A stretch of DNA of 64,000 nt from Octopus vulgaris (GCA_951406725.2 OX597814.1:38006001-38070000); one strand, 5' to 3'; shown: positions 1-14,183, numbered from the stretch's first letter. Notes: generated from the letters alone by a model not told the origin. Numbers and translations: made by a program.

Positions 1-2342
1 GGAAGCCATCACCTGTGCAAAACAAATGAAGAAAAACCTGTATATTGTTTGGCTAGATCTTGCCAACGCCTATGCATCTGTTCTGCACGCAATAATAAAA
101 ACAGCGATGGACTTCTTTTAGATTCCAAAAGATGTTCAACGAATGCTCATGCCGTACTACGACAACCTGGGGATGAGATTTACAGCAGGAAAGTTTACAA
201 CGGAGTGGCAACGGCTTGAAATAGGTATTGCAGCCGGATGCACGATATCAGTCATCTTATTCGTGCTAGTCATGGAAATGCTACTCAGATCTACAAACTG
301 TGAGAAAGCTGTTACAAAGACACCATTAAGGGCTTTTATGGACGATGTAACTATATTATCGGAAAGTAGAGAAGCAGCAGATAGGATGAGCAAGGATGAA
401 TTTCAAAGCCAAAAAATTTCGAAGCGTGGCTTTCGTGTAAGGAAGGCAAGAAGAAGTGAAATTTAGGATAGGAAGTGAAGACATACCAACGGTGAAAGAA
501 CAACCAGTAAAGAGTCTCGGCAGATGGTATAAAGATTTATTAAGTGAAAAGAAGCAAGGGAAAGAAACGCACGAGTTAGTAGAACAAGGATTAAATGCAA
601 TTGACAGAACAACGCTGCCGGGAAAATTCAAATGATGGATACTGCAATTTGGGCTGTACCCAAGAATAATGTGGCCATTGCAAATGTACGAAATAGCCTC
701 GAGTATAGTAGAAAGGATGGAGCAAAGATGCAGTGTGTTTATCAGAAAATTGCTTGGTCTGCCGAAACCACTGAATACAACTGCACTATATGGAAAACCC
801 GTGCCGCAACTACCGATAACATCAATCGCCGAAGAATATAAGGCAGGAAAGGCAAGGACAGTAATGGTGCTAATGTATTCAAAAGATCAGAGCATCCGGG
901 AAAACCCTCCAAAGGTAAGAACAGGGAGGAAATGGAAGGCGGAAGAGGCAGTAAACAGGGCGATCGGAAAACTAAGGCACGCAGATGTAGTCGGAGCGAC
1001 GCAAGAAGCTAGAACCGGCCTAGGGTCGCAAAACTTTAGGCCATTTTGCAAGAGCAGTGTAAAAGAGATGAAAGAGGCAGTGGTATAATAATTGAGAAAG
1101 TAGGAAGGAGAAAGGCGAAATGTCCATTTGGTGCAAAGCAACAGGGACAGTACCTGAGATGGGAGGAATATGTGATCAACCGCAGAATATCATGGAAGGA
1201 ACTTTGGGCTTGGGAACAAGCAAGAACATCCTTCCTGATCAAGTCTACCTTCGACGTTCTACTCTCACCGGCGAACTTAGTCCGGTTGAACATAAAAACA
1301 ACCGACGAGTGTATATGCGGAGAGAAAGCGACGGTTAGACATGTTCTGTCAGGTTGCAGACTAGCACTAGAAAGATATACATGGCGGCATAATCAAGTCC
1401 TCGGCGTCATAAGCGCAGCACTCAAGGATAATATCGAGAGGTACAATAGGGGAGAATACCCAAAAGTAGAAAAGCGCAGGAGAGTATACTTTCAGAAGGA
1501 GGGAAAAGGTTATAAAACCAGGCCTACAAGTAAAGTATACGAGAAAAATGGAAGTGATACTGGGAGGTGGCCCACGGACTTGGAAAAACAAGTAATGTTT
1601 CCTCTAATAAAAACAACAAAAATACGTATTTAATTCTTTGGAACAGAGACCGGAGAATGGGAATTTTACTAGAACTGACAGTACCTTGGGAAGAGAACAT
1701 CGGCAATGCAGAGAAACGAAAGGAGAAGAGGTATGAAAAGCTAATCGAATAATGCAAAGAACAGGGATGGAATGTCGAATATTATCACCTGGCAGTGGGG
1801 GCTACAGGCTTCATTGAAAAGAAAATGACAACGCTTTTCAAAAGAAGATTTGTTTTTTCTAGCCCCGAGCTGCGTAACTAATAAGGAGGGTACAGAGGGC
1901 GGTCAAAAAAGCTAGCTTCTATATATGGCTGAAGCGGGAAGACCGAAAATTGCTTGAAAATGAGACAAGCTGACTGCCTTGTGACGGTCGTTTAGAAGAA
2001 GCGCGGGCTAAATCTACGTGCCTTCACTAGTCAGTTAAGGTGAGACAGTGTCACGTGCTGGGACTGCCTGTTGGAGTCTATGTGGCAGGTATTTAAAGGG
2101 AAAAATTTGACAAGACAGTCAGTCGCCGGCTGACACTCGCTGACGATACATGGAAGAGGCCAGGGAACAGAAGAAAAAAGACATGCAGCAAAAACCAGAG
2201 CTGAAGACACCTCCGAAAGGTGGGGGGGGGCGACACGTCACAACGGTAGAGGAGTAGGGGCCGAAACAGGACTTGGTTCCTCCTGATGATGTCTTGAGCT
2301 AACTGGATCCACGAAACACGGTTGTAATTCCCCCTGTCATGG
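1..2342 (+). mobile_element. Decayed HERO-like (R2-superfamily, RT + restriction-like endonuclease) non-LTR retrotransposon, 5' part outside window
   Basis: RT motifs WLDLANAYASV, TTEWQRLEIGIAAGCTISVILF, LRAFMDDVT; CCHC knuckle CICGEKATVRHVLSGC followed by RYTWRHNQVL; RLE segment ILLELTVPWEENI..KEKRYEKL. Several frameshifts and stops. About 370 nt of hairpin-rich 3' UTR. Confidence 0.88.
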
Positions 2343-2680
2343 CACTCCTACATTCTTCTTCTTCTTCTCTTTCTTCTTCTTCTGCTTCTTCTTCTTCTTC
2401 TTCTTCTTCTTCTTCTTCTTCTTCTTCTTCTTCTTCTTCTTCTTCTTCTACTTCTTCCCTACCAAGAATTCACAACGACCTCTAAACCACAAGAGTAAAC
2501 AACAGAAAACGCCACTTGTATTTGAGCACTATACAAATATTCTTTTAATAAACTTTTCTTTTAATTTTTCTAAATTTAAGTGTTTAATTGTCACAGTTGG
2601 AGAATTCTGAATGACTGAAACCAGTACTGAAATAATTGTATAATATTATTTTAGCATTTTTATTCTTGATTTTTTCCATT
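2343..2680 (+). mobile_element. Solo PLE pseudo-LTR fragment containing a (CTT)n array (2354-2456)
   Basis: Similar to 30690-31030 ((CTT)n, ctaccaaga, ctgaaacc(a/g)gtact, attattttagcatttt), which lies 3' of a GIY-YIG remnant. Confidence 0.6.
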
Positions 2681-2681
2681 G

Positions 2682-3412
<731 letters not shown>

Positions 3413-3439
3413 TTATTTTATACGTAAAGAGAGAGAAGT

Positions 3440-3690
3440 GGAGGCGCGTGGCTTATTGGTTAGTGTGTCAGCATCATGATGGTAAGATTGTCGTTTCGAT
3501 TCCTGGACCGGGTGACGCGTTGTTCTTCAGCAAAACACCTCATTTCACGATGCTCCAGTCCACTCAGCTGGCAAAATTGAGTACCACTGCGATGGACTGG
3601 CGTCCCGTCCAGCTGGTGATCACATATGCCATAGAAACTGGGTAACCAGGCCTATGAGCCTGGCTAGGCTTTAAAAGGGCGCATTTATTT
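3440..3690 (+). mobile_element. tRNA-derived SINE family B
   Basis: A-box-like TGGCTTATTGG and B-box-like GTTTCGATTCC; SINE-body motifs agcaaaacac..tgctccagtccactcagctg and gcgatggactggcgtcccgtccag; ends in ATTT repeats. Confidence 0.75.
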
Positions 3691-5623
3691 TATATTAAAG
3701 AGGGAGAAAGAGAGATACTAGACGTAGCTATATTTATAAATACAGCCTTACTATATGTAAATGTATATAGGTATTAGTGTGCGTGTGGTGGGTTCATAAT
3801 CTTTTGTGTATTAGAATGTTTATTATTTTGGATCATATTAATGAAACATAACAATTCCTTCAAGATTTACATGTAAAAGAAGTTCTTGTTTTATTGTTCC
3901 TGTTTTTGTTTACTATTTGAAAAATATATCTGTTGTATTTAACTGCTTTTCATGTTGTATTCATCCTTTACTTGGTATAAGCCGACTTGCGGAAAGCGTA
4001 AATATAAGCACACTCTATCTCTCTCACTCTCTTACTATCTCTCTCTCTCTCTCACACACACACACATATTTATGTGTGTGCGAATGTGTATGTGTTATGT
4101 TTTCTAGTCTGCTTTTCTGTCTTTGTGTATACGGGTGTATTTTTTTTTAAGTTTACACGGCGGCCAAACATTAGAAGTTCAAAAAATGAGAGGAAAAACT
4201 GAAAAGATGTTTTGAAAAACAGGATGCATAACAACGTGTACATATAAAAGTTGAGGAAACGTCGCATGGAATCTGGAAACAGAATTTTGGGTTGGAAAAT
4301 GAAATGGTGACAAATATGTGCTACGAAGTAATTTACCAATAGAAGGAAGAGAGAAATTAAGAGAGAGATTTTATGATAATTTCTCATTGTATAGGCTTTC
4401 TCTTCAGTAACCAGTGTGTTAGTTTCCTTTTCTTTTTCTTTTTACACAGCAAGGCACTCCAACAAACTAAACAGTGGTGACAACCTAATGGATTACAACA
4501 AATTTCATCCCCGCTATTATTCCTCTCTGTTTAATGCCTATTGTCATATCACATCTGGTTATTGGGATAATTAGTTAATAAAATCTATTTCTTGTTTAAC
4601 TTAAGATATTTTCTTAAATGAATGAGTGATTAAAATTTTTTTTGTGTGATCTTTTATAGCATTTTCATTCTTTACACATTTCACTTGAAGATATCGAGTT
4701 GAATACAAAAAGTGAATCTCAACAACATCGTTTACACAAGTATAAATGGAGTGTTTTTGAAAGATATTCTAACTCTTCTCCCAAAGTGCCTATGGTCTCT
4801 CTCTCGAGGTATTCAATACTAGAAAATCCCAGTGAGCCTCGGATACGTGGTGATTTGTATAGAAAATACCCATACAACAATTAATAAGTGAAATAGCACA
4901 GTTGTTCCAGACATTGCACACCCTGAGTTAAAATTCCTTCGAAGATAAATTTGTTTGTATTTTTCCGGAGATGGTACAAACGAATAAATCCAAGGTGGTC
5001 TTATAGTGAATCTCAGAGAATTTTGGGCCTGATACCTGACCTTCAATCGGGACCTCTCTAGCACAAACATTCGTGCAAGCTCAGTAAATTAACTTGCATC
5101 TGCGTTGTATTTAAAAGAAGAACCAAATTGTATCAAAGCTACGTGTTATGCACGCATGGAAATATTTTTCTTTCGAATATTCATTGTGCTTTTTCATCAA
5201 AGTTGATAAATCCTAATTGAAGTGTTTGTTTTCATTTTTAATCCAAATATTTCATTATCACTAATTCCGAAACTTCATACGCAAACAAGTACATTTCTTT
5301 TGAGCTTTGCTTCAGCTACAACTCGTCCTTCAATCAAAAGACTTGTTATTTACAAGCAGTCTTTCAAGATAATACAAGATCGATTGCTTGATTGCTACTC
5401 TCAAGTTGATTGGTAGAAAAATGATATGGATGTTGTCATACAGTGATACTTAATCTTGTCGAAGATAGTATGCCTTCGTTTTCAGCTGGCATTGTATAAA
5501 TGAGGTAAAACATTCAATGTCTGGAAGACAAAACTCTATAATTACACTAGACGTATCTTTTATGCCTTTCTGAGCAATGTGAGGGACCTATAATCTATCA
5601 TTTTTCAAATGTATGTATGTGTA

Positions 5624-5671
<48 letters not shown>

Positions 5672-5704
5672 TTTAGATAAATAGATAGATAGATATGTAG
5701 ATAG

Positions 5705-5743
<39 letters not shown>

Positions 5744-5793
5744 TACATATACACATATATATACGAATAAACACACATATATATGTATATATA

Positions 5794-5865
<72 letters not shown>

Positions 5866-6175
5866 GCATATAAAAACGCACACAGCCGCACACATATTTG
5901 TACACACATATGCAAATATTGCAAGCGTGAGAGAGCGGCAGAGAGAGAGAGAGAGAGATGAATTTCTGGCCGGTTTATATGGTTACGCGGGGTTTCGCGT
6001 CCGTAAAGCGCCTCGCTTAGCTGACGTGTCGTAAGAGACATACGAGACGAGTGTAGACCTACGCGCCTATTAGATGCGAAAAGCTGAGTAATCCTACGCA
6101 CTGGGCATAACTATCGTTCTCTAAATACTCTACATCTGCATATATATGTGCCTGTGTGTGTGTGTGTGAGTGTGG

Positions 6176-6235
<60 letters not shown>

Positions 6236-6261
6236 ATCTATCTATGTGTTTATCTATCTAT

Positions 6262-6307
<46 letters not shown>

Positions 6308-6499
6308 ATACATATATTAGACCGAATGAGATAAATCCAAGGCCGAGAGGAGTTTTCAGAACATTTATATTGAAATAGTCTACTGCGGTTTCTGGGATAT
6401 TATGGATATACTTTCATCAGAGATGGTGTAAGAAAATATTTGACTTCGAATTGTTGTGGATAGGGAATACAGAGGGAAAGAAGAAACTGTTAGTAGAAA

Positions 6500-6664
6500 T
6501 AAGATATATAAAACATTATTTATGATATTTACATTCGACGGATGTTTGTCCTCATCTTGCTTGTTGTTAACATAACGTTTCGCCTGATATACTATCCAGC
6601 TTTCTTCAAGTGTCTTGGGGAAATTTCGAACCCGGGTTCTCATTGCTAAGGTATTTTTCGATGT

Positions 6665-6665
<1 letters not shown>
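6500..6665 (-). mobile_element. Solo pseudo-LTR of the Poseidon-like PLE family with a degenerate HHR (6569-6614)
   Basis: Reverse complement matches 22048-22190 and 40268-40385; reads gacac TTGAAGA..GAAAC GTT atgtt. Confidence 0.8.
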
Positions 6666-6701
<36 letters not shown>

Positions 6702-6795
6702 GTCATCATCATCATCACCACCACCACCACCATTACCACCATCATCATCATCAGCAGCAGCAGCAGCATCATCATCATCATCATCATCATCATCA

Positions 6796-6860
<65 letters not shown>

Positions 6861-6904
6861 CCATCACCATCCCCATCACCACCGCCACCACCATCACTAT
6901 CATC

Positions 6905-6936
<32 letters not shown>

Positions 6937-6942
6937 CATCAT

Positions 6943-6988
<46 letters not shown>

Positions 6989-6989
6989 G

Positions 6990-7020
<31 letters not shown>

Positions 7021-7036
7021 TATTATTATTATTATT
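6666..7036. repeat. (CAT)n array with CAC/CAG interruptions, ending in (TAT)n
   Basis: Direct inspection; produces the poly-D/M/S/I ORFs. Confidence 0.95.
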
Positions 7037-7497
7037 GAGTGAGAAAGCAGTGCATGTCACAAAAGTGACACTGGGGTAAAATATACGGTGCCCAGTATAC
7101 CCATCATTACTACCCGTGTGATAAGGGTACATCAAGCACATGCATCACAACCATATGTGCGCGACATGGTGAACTCATATCAAGATATGCAGCGAATGAC
7201 CTTGCAGGTGGGGCTCAGTTAGAATTTTCTTCTGGTCCCGATCAAAATGTCCCTGAATAAGGATTGTTTAAGGATGTTGAACGAACCACCCATGTATCCA
7301 AAGGTGAACTATCCAAACCTCTAAGAATTCCTGTCAACACACGGCTATGATGCTCCCCCACTTCATCTGCTCGTTCAACTGGTTAAGGTCAAACAACTGA
7401 CAAGCAAATCTGTGGTAATGAGCAGAATATTTGCTGTAGCTTATCTTTTATACCAAGACAAAATAATGTACATGATAACACTTCCAATCAGTTAAGA
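7037..7497 (-). mobile_element. Unclassified non-coding interspersed repeat with an (AAT)n end
   Basis: Homologous to 46390-46775 (shared aatctgtggta.tgag.agaatatttgctgt.gcttatcttttataccaagacaaa and gataacacttccaatcagt). Both copies are embedded in trinucleotide arrays. Confidence 0.65.
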
Positions 7498-7639
7498 TCA
7501 TCATCATCATCATCATCATCATGTACATCATCATCATCATCGTCATCGTCAACATCATCATCATCATTATTTTTATTACTAAGATATAGAGAAAAATCTG
7601 TATAATGGGCATGTATAAGTACAATATATGAAGAAAATC

Positions 7640-8190
7640 TATACACACTCACAATCACACGAGCAAGAAAGTTCATGGACTACCACAACAATCTCAGTAA
7701 CACAATTAACAGCCACAGAAGCAAGGCCAGTGACAAGGATGGCAATAACAAAAACAACAATAACTACCACGATAACAACACAGTGGGCGTACACACATGC
7801 AGCGGAAGACATGAACTGTACTATTGTTTCGGGTCTTAGGACAGCAGCATCATAACGTGGAAAGAGGATGGGGCCGAGGCGAAGGCCACACTGCTGCTAA
7901 AATCTTTGACCCACACTCAATCATAAACATACATACACACACAGACACACACACACACACACACACACACAGACGCACACAGACACGTGCACATACACAC
8001 ACACACAAGCAACCATAGATACCAACACATGTGCATATACGGATACACATCTTAGAAAAACAGAATGGAGTAAATGGAGCAAGAACACACACAGAAACAA
8101 GAAGTTTCACTGAAAAGGTCACAGATGTGTGGCGAAAGATTGCCGGACAATGGACATAAGTCAAAAGGATAAAATGATAACGAGTCGACA
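7640..8190 (+). mobile_element. PLE pseudo-LTR-like repeat with a degenerate HHR (about 8105-8147)
   Basis: Homologous to the reverse complement of 16690-17130; CTGAAAA ggtca..tggc GAAA. Confidence 0.6.
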
Positions 8191-8279
8191 AAATAAGCGT
8201 GTGAAGAAAAATACATATATGAGTTTATTTGGCGAAAAGAATGACCACTCCGAAACACAACATATGTGTTTATGTATAC

Positions 8280-8332
<53 letters not shown>

Positions 8333-8333
<1 letters not shown>

Positions 8334-8580
8334 TTTATTTTAAGCAGCAGAAAATTCAACAAAATCTGTTACTCTGAGTTTCTCGTTGCCGTTCATCAGA
8401 CAGTTTTTGCTAGAATGTTTGCCATTCTAGCAAAAACTGTCTGATGAACGGCAACGAGAAACTCAGAGTAACAGATTTTGTTGAATTTTCTGCTGCTTAA
8501 AATAAAGCATATTACTCTACCACTGGTATTTGAGTACTCTTTTTTCCACCTTGTTTCACATTTATGTGTTTACTCCGGTA
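8333..8580 (+). mobile_element. PLE pseudo-LTR with an inverted 5' copy (perfect palindrome 8333-8507)
   Basis: 85-bp arms 8333-8417 and 8423-8507 with a 5-nt loop; flanked by (TA)n. Confidence 0.75.
8437..8474 (+). ncRNA. Type I hammerhead ribozyme, intact core (identical copy on the - strand at 8366-8403)
   Basis: ctgt CTGATGA a-cg-gcaa-cg-a GAAA ctc-a-ga GTA acag: helix I ctgt/acag, short GCAA-capped helix II, near-palindromic helix III, GUA cleavage triplet. Confidence 0.75.
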
Positions 8581-8688
8581 TATATATATATATATATATA
8601 CACCCACGCCCCCACGCACACACGCACACATATATACATATATGCATACATACACACATATATATATATTCATATACACATACGTACA

Positions 8689-8732
<44 letters not shown>

Positions 8733-8764
8733 TATATGTATATGTATATGTACATATACATGTG

Positions 8765-9466
<702 letters not shown>

Positions 9467-10789
9467 AGATATACGTGTGTGTATATATACATGTGTGTAT
9501 GGGGTGTATATATATGTGTGTATATAACATATGTATAAATGTATGTATTTTGTATGCATATGTGTAGTATCTATACTATCACACTTCACATTGAAATCCA
9601 TGTATTTTCAATAGCTTCATGTGAAATTCCATCGAAGAAACAGGTGCACTCCACTTTCAGTGAGAAGTATATGATATTGTATTTTCGTGTTATAAAATTG
9701 TGGTTCCCAGGGAAATCAATTTTGCCTTATTTCTAGTGTTATGTCACTGTTGTGTCTTTTTTGATAGTTTCTGAAGTGTTTGACTATGTTACAATGCCTT
9801 ATGGTGCGTGAGTGTGTGTGTGTATGTGTGTTTGAGTTTGTGTACGTGCGTATGTGTCTGTGCAAATGTGTGTACAACTGCGTGTATGTGTATCTGTGCG
9901 TGTGTGTGTGTGCACGTATGCTTTTTAGTGTACATTTGTGTGTATGTGTCGTACATGATGCCTGCTTACTCCTACGCACTTGGTGTTTGGCCAGGATAGA
10001 ATATGTGTCGAATGTTTGTGTTACATTAATATTTTACCTCTCATTACTGACAATATGAGGTGTGTGTTTGTATGCGTAAGAAAGTTTGTCTACGCGTGCT
10101 TGTGTGTGTACACGTGCATGTGCTTGCGTATATGTGAATGGCATTTCAATTTTTGGAGGAATAAATCGTTATGCATCGTATTTAAATCAGCTATGTAGAA
10201 TGGGAGATATGTGTGATTTTGATACTGTAGTTCCTTGCGCATATATGCAAGTGAATATTTAATCTATGAGATTTGATTGTGTAGAAAAACATATTTTTGT
10301 TGCCGAATCCTTAGAGTATGTATTCCGTATGTTGTACTCTTATAATTGATGGTTACAATACAGAGTATAGATTGCAGTGGTCAAGTTCTCTTATTACATC
10401 GGAATTGCTTATATGTGCTGTATTGAATATGGCTTTGGTTTTCATTGTGCCTATATTTTAGTGACACTTATATAATTTTATTTATATTTACTCCAATTAT
10501 TATTTTATATGTAATTTCTTAAATGTTTCTTTCTCCTTTAACGATAAAATGACATACGGATTATTATGGCTGGTTTTCACGCAATGTTTCTGAAGGAGAT
10601 CTCGCAGTGAATATATTTATTTTCAGTGTTGTTTAATATATCTTTATTCCTTACTTGAAATCACATAGTCAGTATTCATATGCATGTCCACGATTATTAT
10701 CCCCAAGGTGTTTTCATGTACAGTGTCCCGACATTTCAATAATATTTAATTTTTACGTAGAGGTATTGATCTGTTACTTATCTTTGTTA

Positions 10790-11900
10790 TAGTCGCCAAC
10801 TCGTTGAAAATCGCGTTTGAAATAGTTAGCAAGGGAAGATGATGAGTAGAACCACCGCACAGCTTTGGTTCCAAATTTCGCTCATTTAGGAATATTTCTT
10901 TCAATTAAATATCCTAAGATGAAGTTACCAGTCAATAGATGGCTTTGATAGCCCTGAGGAAGCCTGCAAATTTACGAGCCAGCCATTGGAGGGCAAATAA
11001 ATTTTGTTTCTTCCTAGTATTATGGGAAGAATCTGACAAGTGCTTGGGTCTGCGGGTTGCCAGAAGGGATAGAACTCAAATGGACAGAGAAGACTATCCA
11101 CCGGGGTCTGAGTGGCAGCGGAGCCAAGCTCCTCAATGCGGCTGATTGGGTTCGGTCAAAAGCTGTTTTGACCCTGAGGAACCAATCAGCCATGAATCTT
11201 GTTTCCAGATTTTCTTTTTAAATTGCTGGGTGCAGTTACCCGGTGATTCTTGAGGTACGACCCCTCCAAGTGTCACCTGGGCATGGTGCTGGGCCACATC
11301 AAAAAGAACTGTCCCCAGGAACAGAGTAGGGTGCTGGAGCAGTTGGTTGTGGAAGAGTCCCCCTCCTCCTCCGGAAGGAGTGATGGATGTAGGCGAGGAG
11401 GGAGAGACTTCTATTGGAAAAAAGGGGAGAAAAAGAAGGGGAGCAACAATGGTTGCTCATCGAAGGATCATAAATTTGCGGGAGGAATCGATGCTCTTCC
11501 GGTTAATGCAAAGGAACCAACACCTGCCGTACCAAAGGCAATATAGAAGAAAAAAGGATGGGACAGTGCCGGCGGTTTGCAATGCACTGCCGGCATGTTC
11601 GGAAATATTGTCGTTGAGTATTGTACTACCGACGGAGGAAACTGTGGCCCCTCCCAGTGAAAATAGGGAGGAATTTGAGGTCTTCTTTCTCAAGGGAGGG
11701 GGTGTAGAGAAATTTGTAAGAAGTTTTGAAGATGGGGAACTGGCAGTCCCGACCTGCATTCATAGTCCACATTGGCCTCCGCAGGTGGTTGCGGGGGTCA
11801 TGAAAGAAAGTTACTTTTATAAGGTAATGGATTCCTTTTCTAAGGAGGAGTTTATTAATCTTTTCTGTGTCCCCGACTTGCTACTGTGAGATTGTCTGCA
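10790..11900 (+). mobile_element. L1/Tx1-type ORF1 (gag-like) remnant
   Basis: VILEVRP/SKCHLGMVLGHIKKNCP, a degenerate CX2CX4HX4C knuckle; GC-richer than the flanks; frameshifted; no ORF2 recognised downstream. Confidence 0.55.
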
Positions 11901-13793
11901 GGCAGTGAGAGATTTGATCGGGGAGGTGGAGTGAGAGGTCTTAGCGTCTCAATTGATTTGAAACTCTTTGATTGATAAGAGGCTCAGTGCCTTAATTTAT
12001 GTTACAGTAAGAGGTTCATTATCTCATTTGTGTTTTTTCTAAGAAAAGAAAACGAACAGTGCTCTCGAGGGGCATCTATCGGCGAGCATCTATCATCAAT
12101 ATCATATTTTGTTCATCATTCCGCTCATTTGTGTGATTGTCTCGACCACATTTACTTCTATCATTGTAATATCATTATGGCAAATTTGATGAAATTTTGA
12201 AGCTCGCTTCCGTTTCCGGTTGTGCTAGTGTTGTTCTTACACCGTAGAACTCGCCATGCTGGTATGCAGCTGGTGAAATATTGACTGTAAAAGAAGCTCA
12301 AATGTAAGGTAAGAGATTTTTGTGGGGTGGGGTGGGGTCCATTTTGTTGTTTGCTGTAATTATTTGTTAACAAACAAGAAGTCCTCACTGGATTATGGAC
12401 TCTGATCTGCCTACAGTTGAGTGAATAGCTTTTTTCTCATTTAATTGTGACAATTGTTGTTTTGGGGGCGTATCTTGCCTCCAACATTAGTTGAAATTTT
12501 TTCACCAATTGTTTTTGAAATTGGTGGAAGCTGTGTTCAGGTTACTGCGTTCCGGTTTCGAATTGGTGTACCTTTGGCCTGGAGTACCTAGTGCTCGGAA
12601 ACTTTAGTATTAACAGCATAAAAGATAATAGAAAATAGAAGACTCTTAGAAGTGCATCATTCACTGAACTAAGACAGTAACAAATATAATTTGACACCAT
12701 AGTATGAAAGATAGGATGTTTATTTGTGAATATGTTTTTATATTTCCTAAAAGTATGTAATGGTTTTGATAGTAAGAATAACCAACTGAATGAGCGGTAA
12801 AGGAAACTGCGATGTTTAGGTGAATGCTTTAGCTTGAGTTAGAAGAAATAATAACGAATGAAATTCCCATTTATAGTCGCAAAAATTTAGCTACAAATTA
12901 AACATGCAAGATTGACAGAAACTCGTATATACGCGTATGATGCCAGTACATAGTGAACACCTGGGACGTAATTAGATATATGAAATGCATTAAAGTTGAG
13001 TAGAAGATTTAATAGAAAATTTCTACATAATTTCATATCATGAAATTAGAGAAGACCTATGAAAGATTCGTTCTTTTAAATCACGTCCAGACTAGTTAGT
13101 TTACCGTTCTCACAAATCCTTGAACAAAATATTCTTTGCTGTGATATTTAGCGTCGAATAGGCCAGAGTAAAATTTCACATACTTGAATACGAGATCCGT
13201 ATATGAGAGGAAGTTTTTAATGCAATTTCCTCACTCGCTGCTAGAAATTATATTCATATATTATTGTAAATACATTTGGTAAATTTTCCTCTAAAGTTTT
13301 ATACTACTTGTGTCCAATTAGAAAGAACATCTGAGATAAGCTTACAAAGAATTTTCCGGTATAAGATGATACACTCAGGATATAATACATATGTAATATA
13401 CCAAAGTTATAAACAGGTTAGACACATTGTGTTTAAGCATGTGTGCTTGTGTGTATGCATATGCATATACATATACGTACGATGAATATATGTGTGGGCG
13501 TGATGAATGACAGGGGTTGGTAGATAGATATAAATATACACACTGGTTTGGCACAATGAGAATTGAGTGCACAGCGATGGATAGATATCATTAGTTGTGG
13601 ATTAACAAATCAGTATATTGGTATAGATAAGATATTCACAACTAATAAATGGAACTGCATGAGGATTCTCATCCAAACTGGAGACGAATACCAACAATCC
13701 TGCGGAGGTCACTTGAAGAATTATGGGAAAAATTTCTCTAAATGAAACCATTAGTTGCCTTATTAATCTATAGGTAAAGTATTATACATGCGA

Positions 13794-13824
<31 letters not shown>

Positions 13825-13916
13825 TGTGTGTGTGTAATGTACATATATATGTTGACTGTCATTTAGTCAAGAAACGGATTTAATAACCTCTGTCCAGTGT
13901 TGTCACTCTTCGGAAT

Positions 13917-13959
13917 TTCCCATTGATAAAGACTAATGAACTACAAACTCGTCTGGGAA
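13917..13959 (+). ncRNA. Degenerate type I hammerhead motif
   Basis: ttccca TTGATAA..CAAAC tc GTC tgggaa: perfect 6-bp helix I, mutated core. Confidence 0.45.
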
Positions 13960-14104
13960 TCTTAGGGGGTTTAGCGCTGCACAGATATGATGTTTTGACA
14001 TCTTTTACTGTAAGAGAGAATTTTTACTCCCCGATACCTGCAGTGAATTTAGATGTCGAGCTATGCCACATACATACGTAAAGTTCGCTTATATATGTAT
14101 GCAA

Positions 14105-14149
14105 GCATTCATATATGTATGCATGTATATATGTATATATGTATGTATG

Positions 14150-14183
<34 letters not shown>

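Noticed and set aside
4819-4913. Signal-peptide-like MSGTTVLFHLLIVVWVFSIQ on the - strand
   Set aside because: It stops after about 31 codons, with no convincing splice donor or homology.
5970-6060. HDV-like ribozyme (ggccggt.., cctcgc, tgtcgtaagagaca)
   Set aside because: No P1 partner strand or nested pseudoknot could be built.
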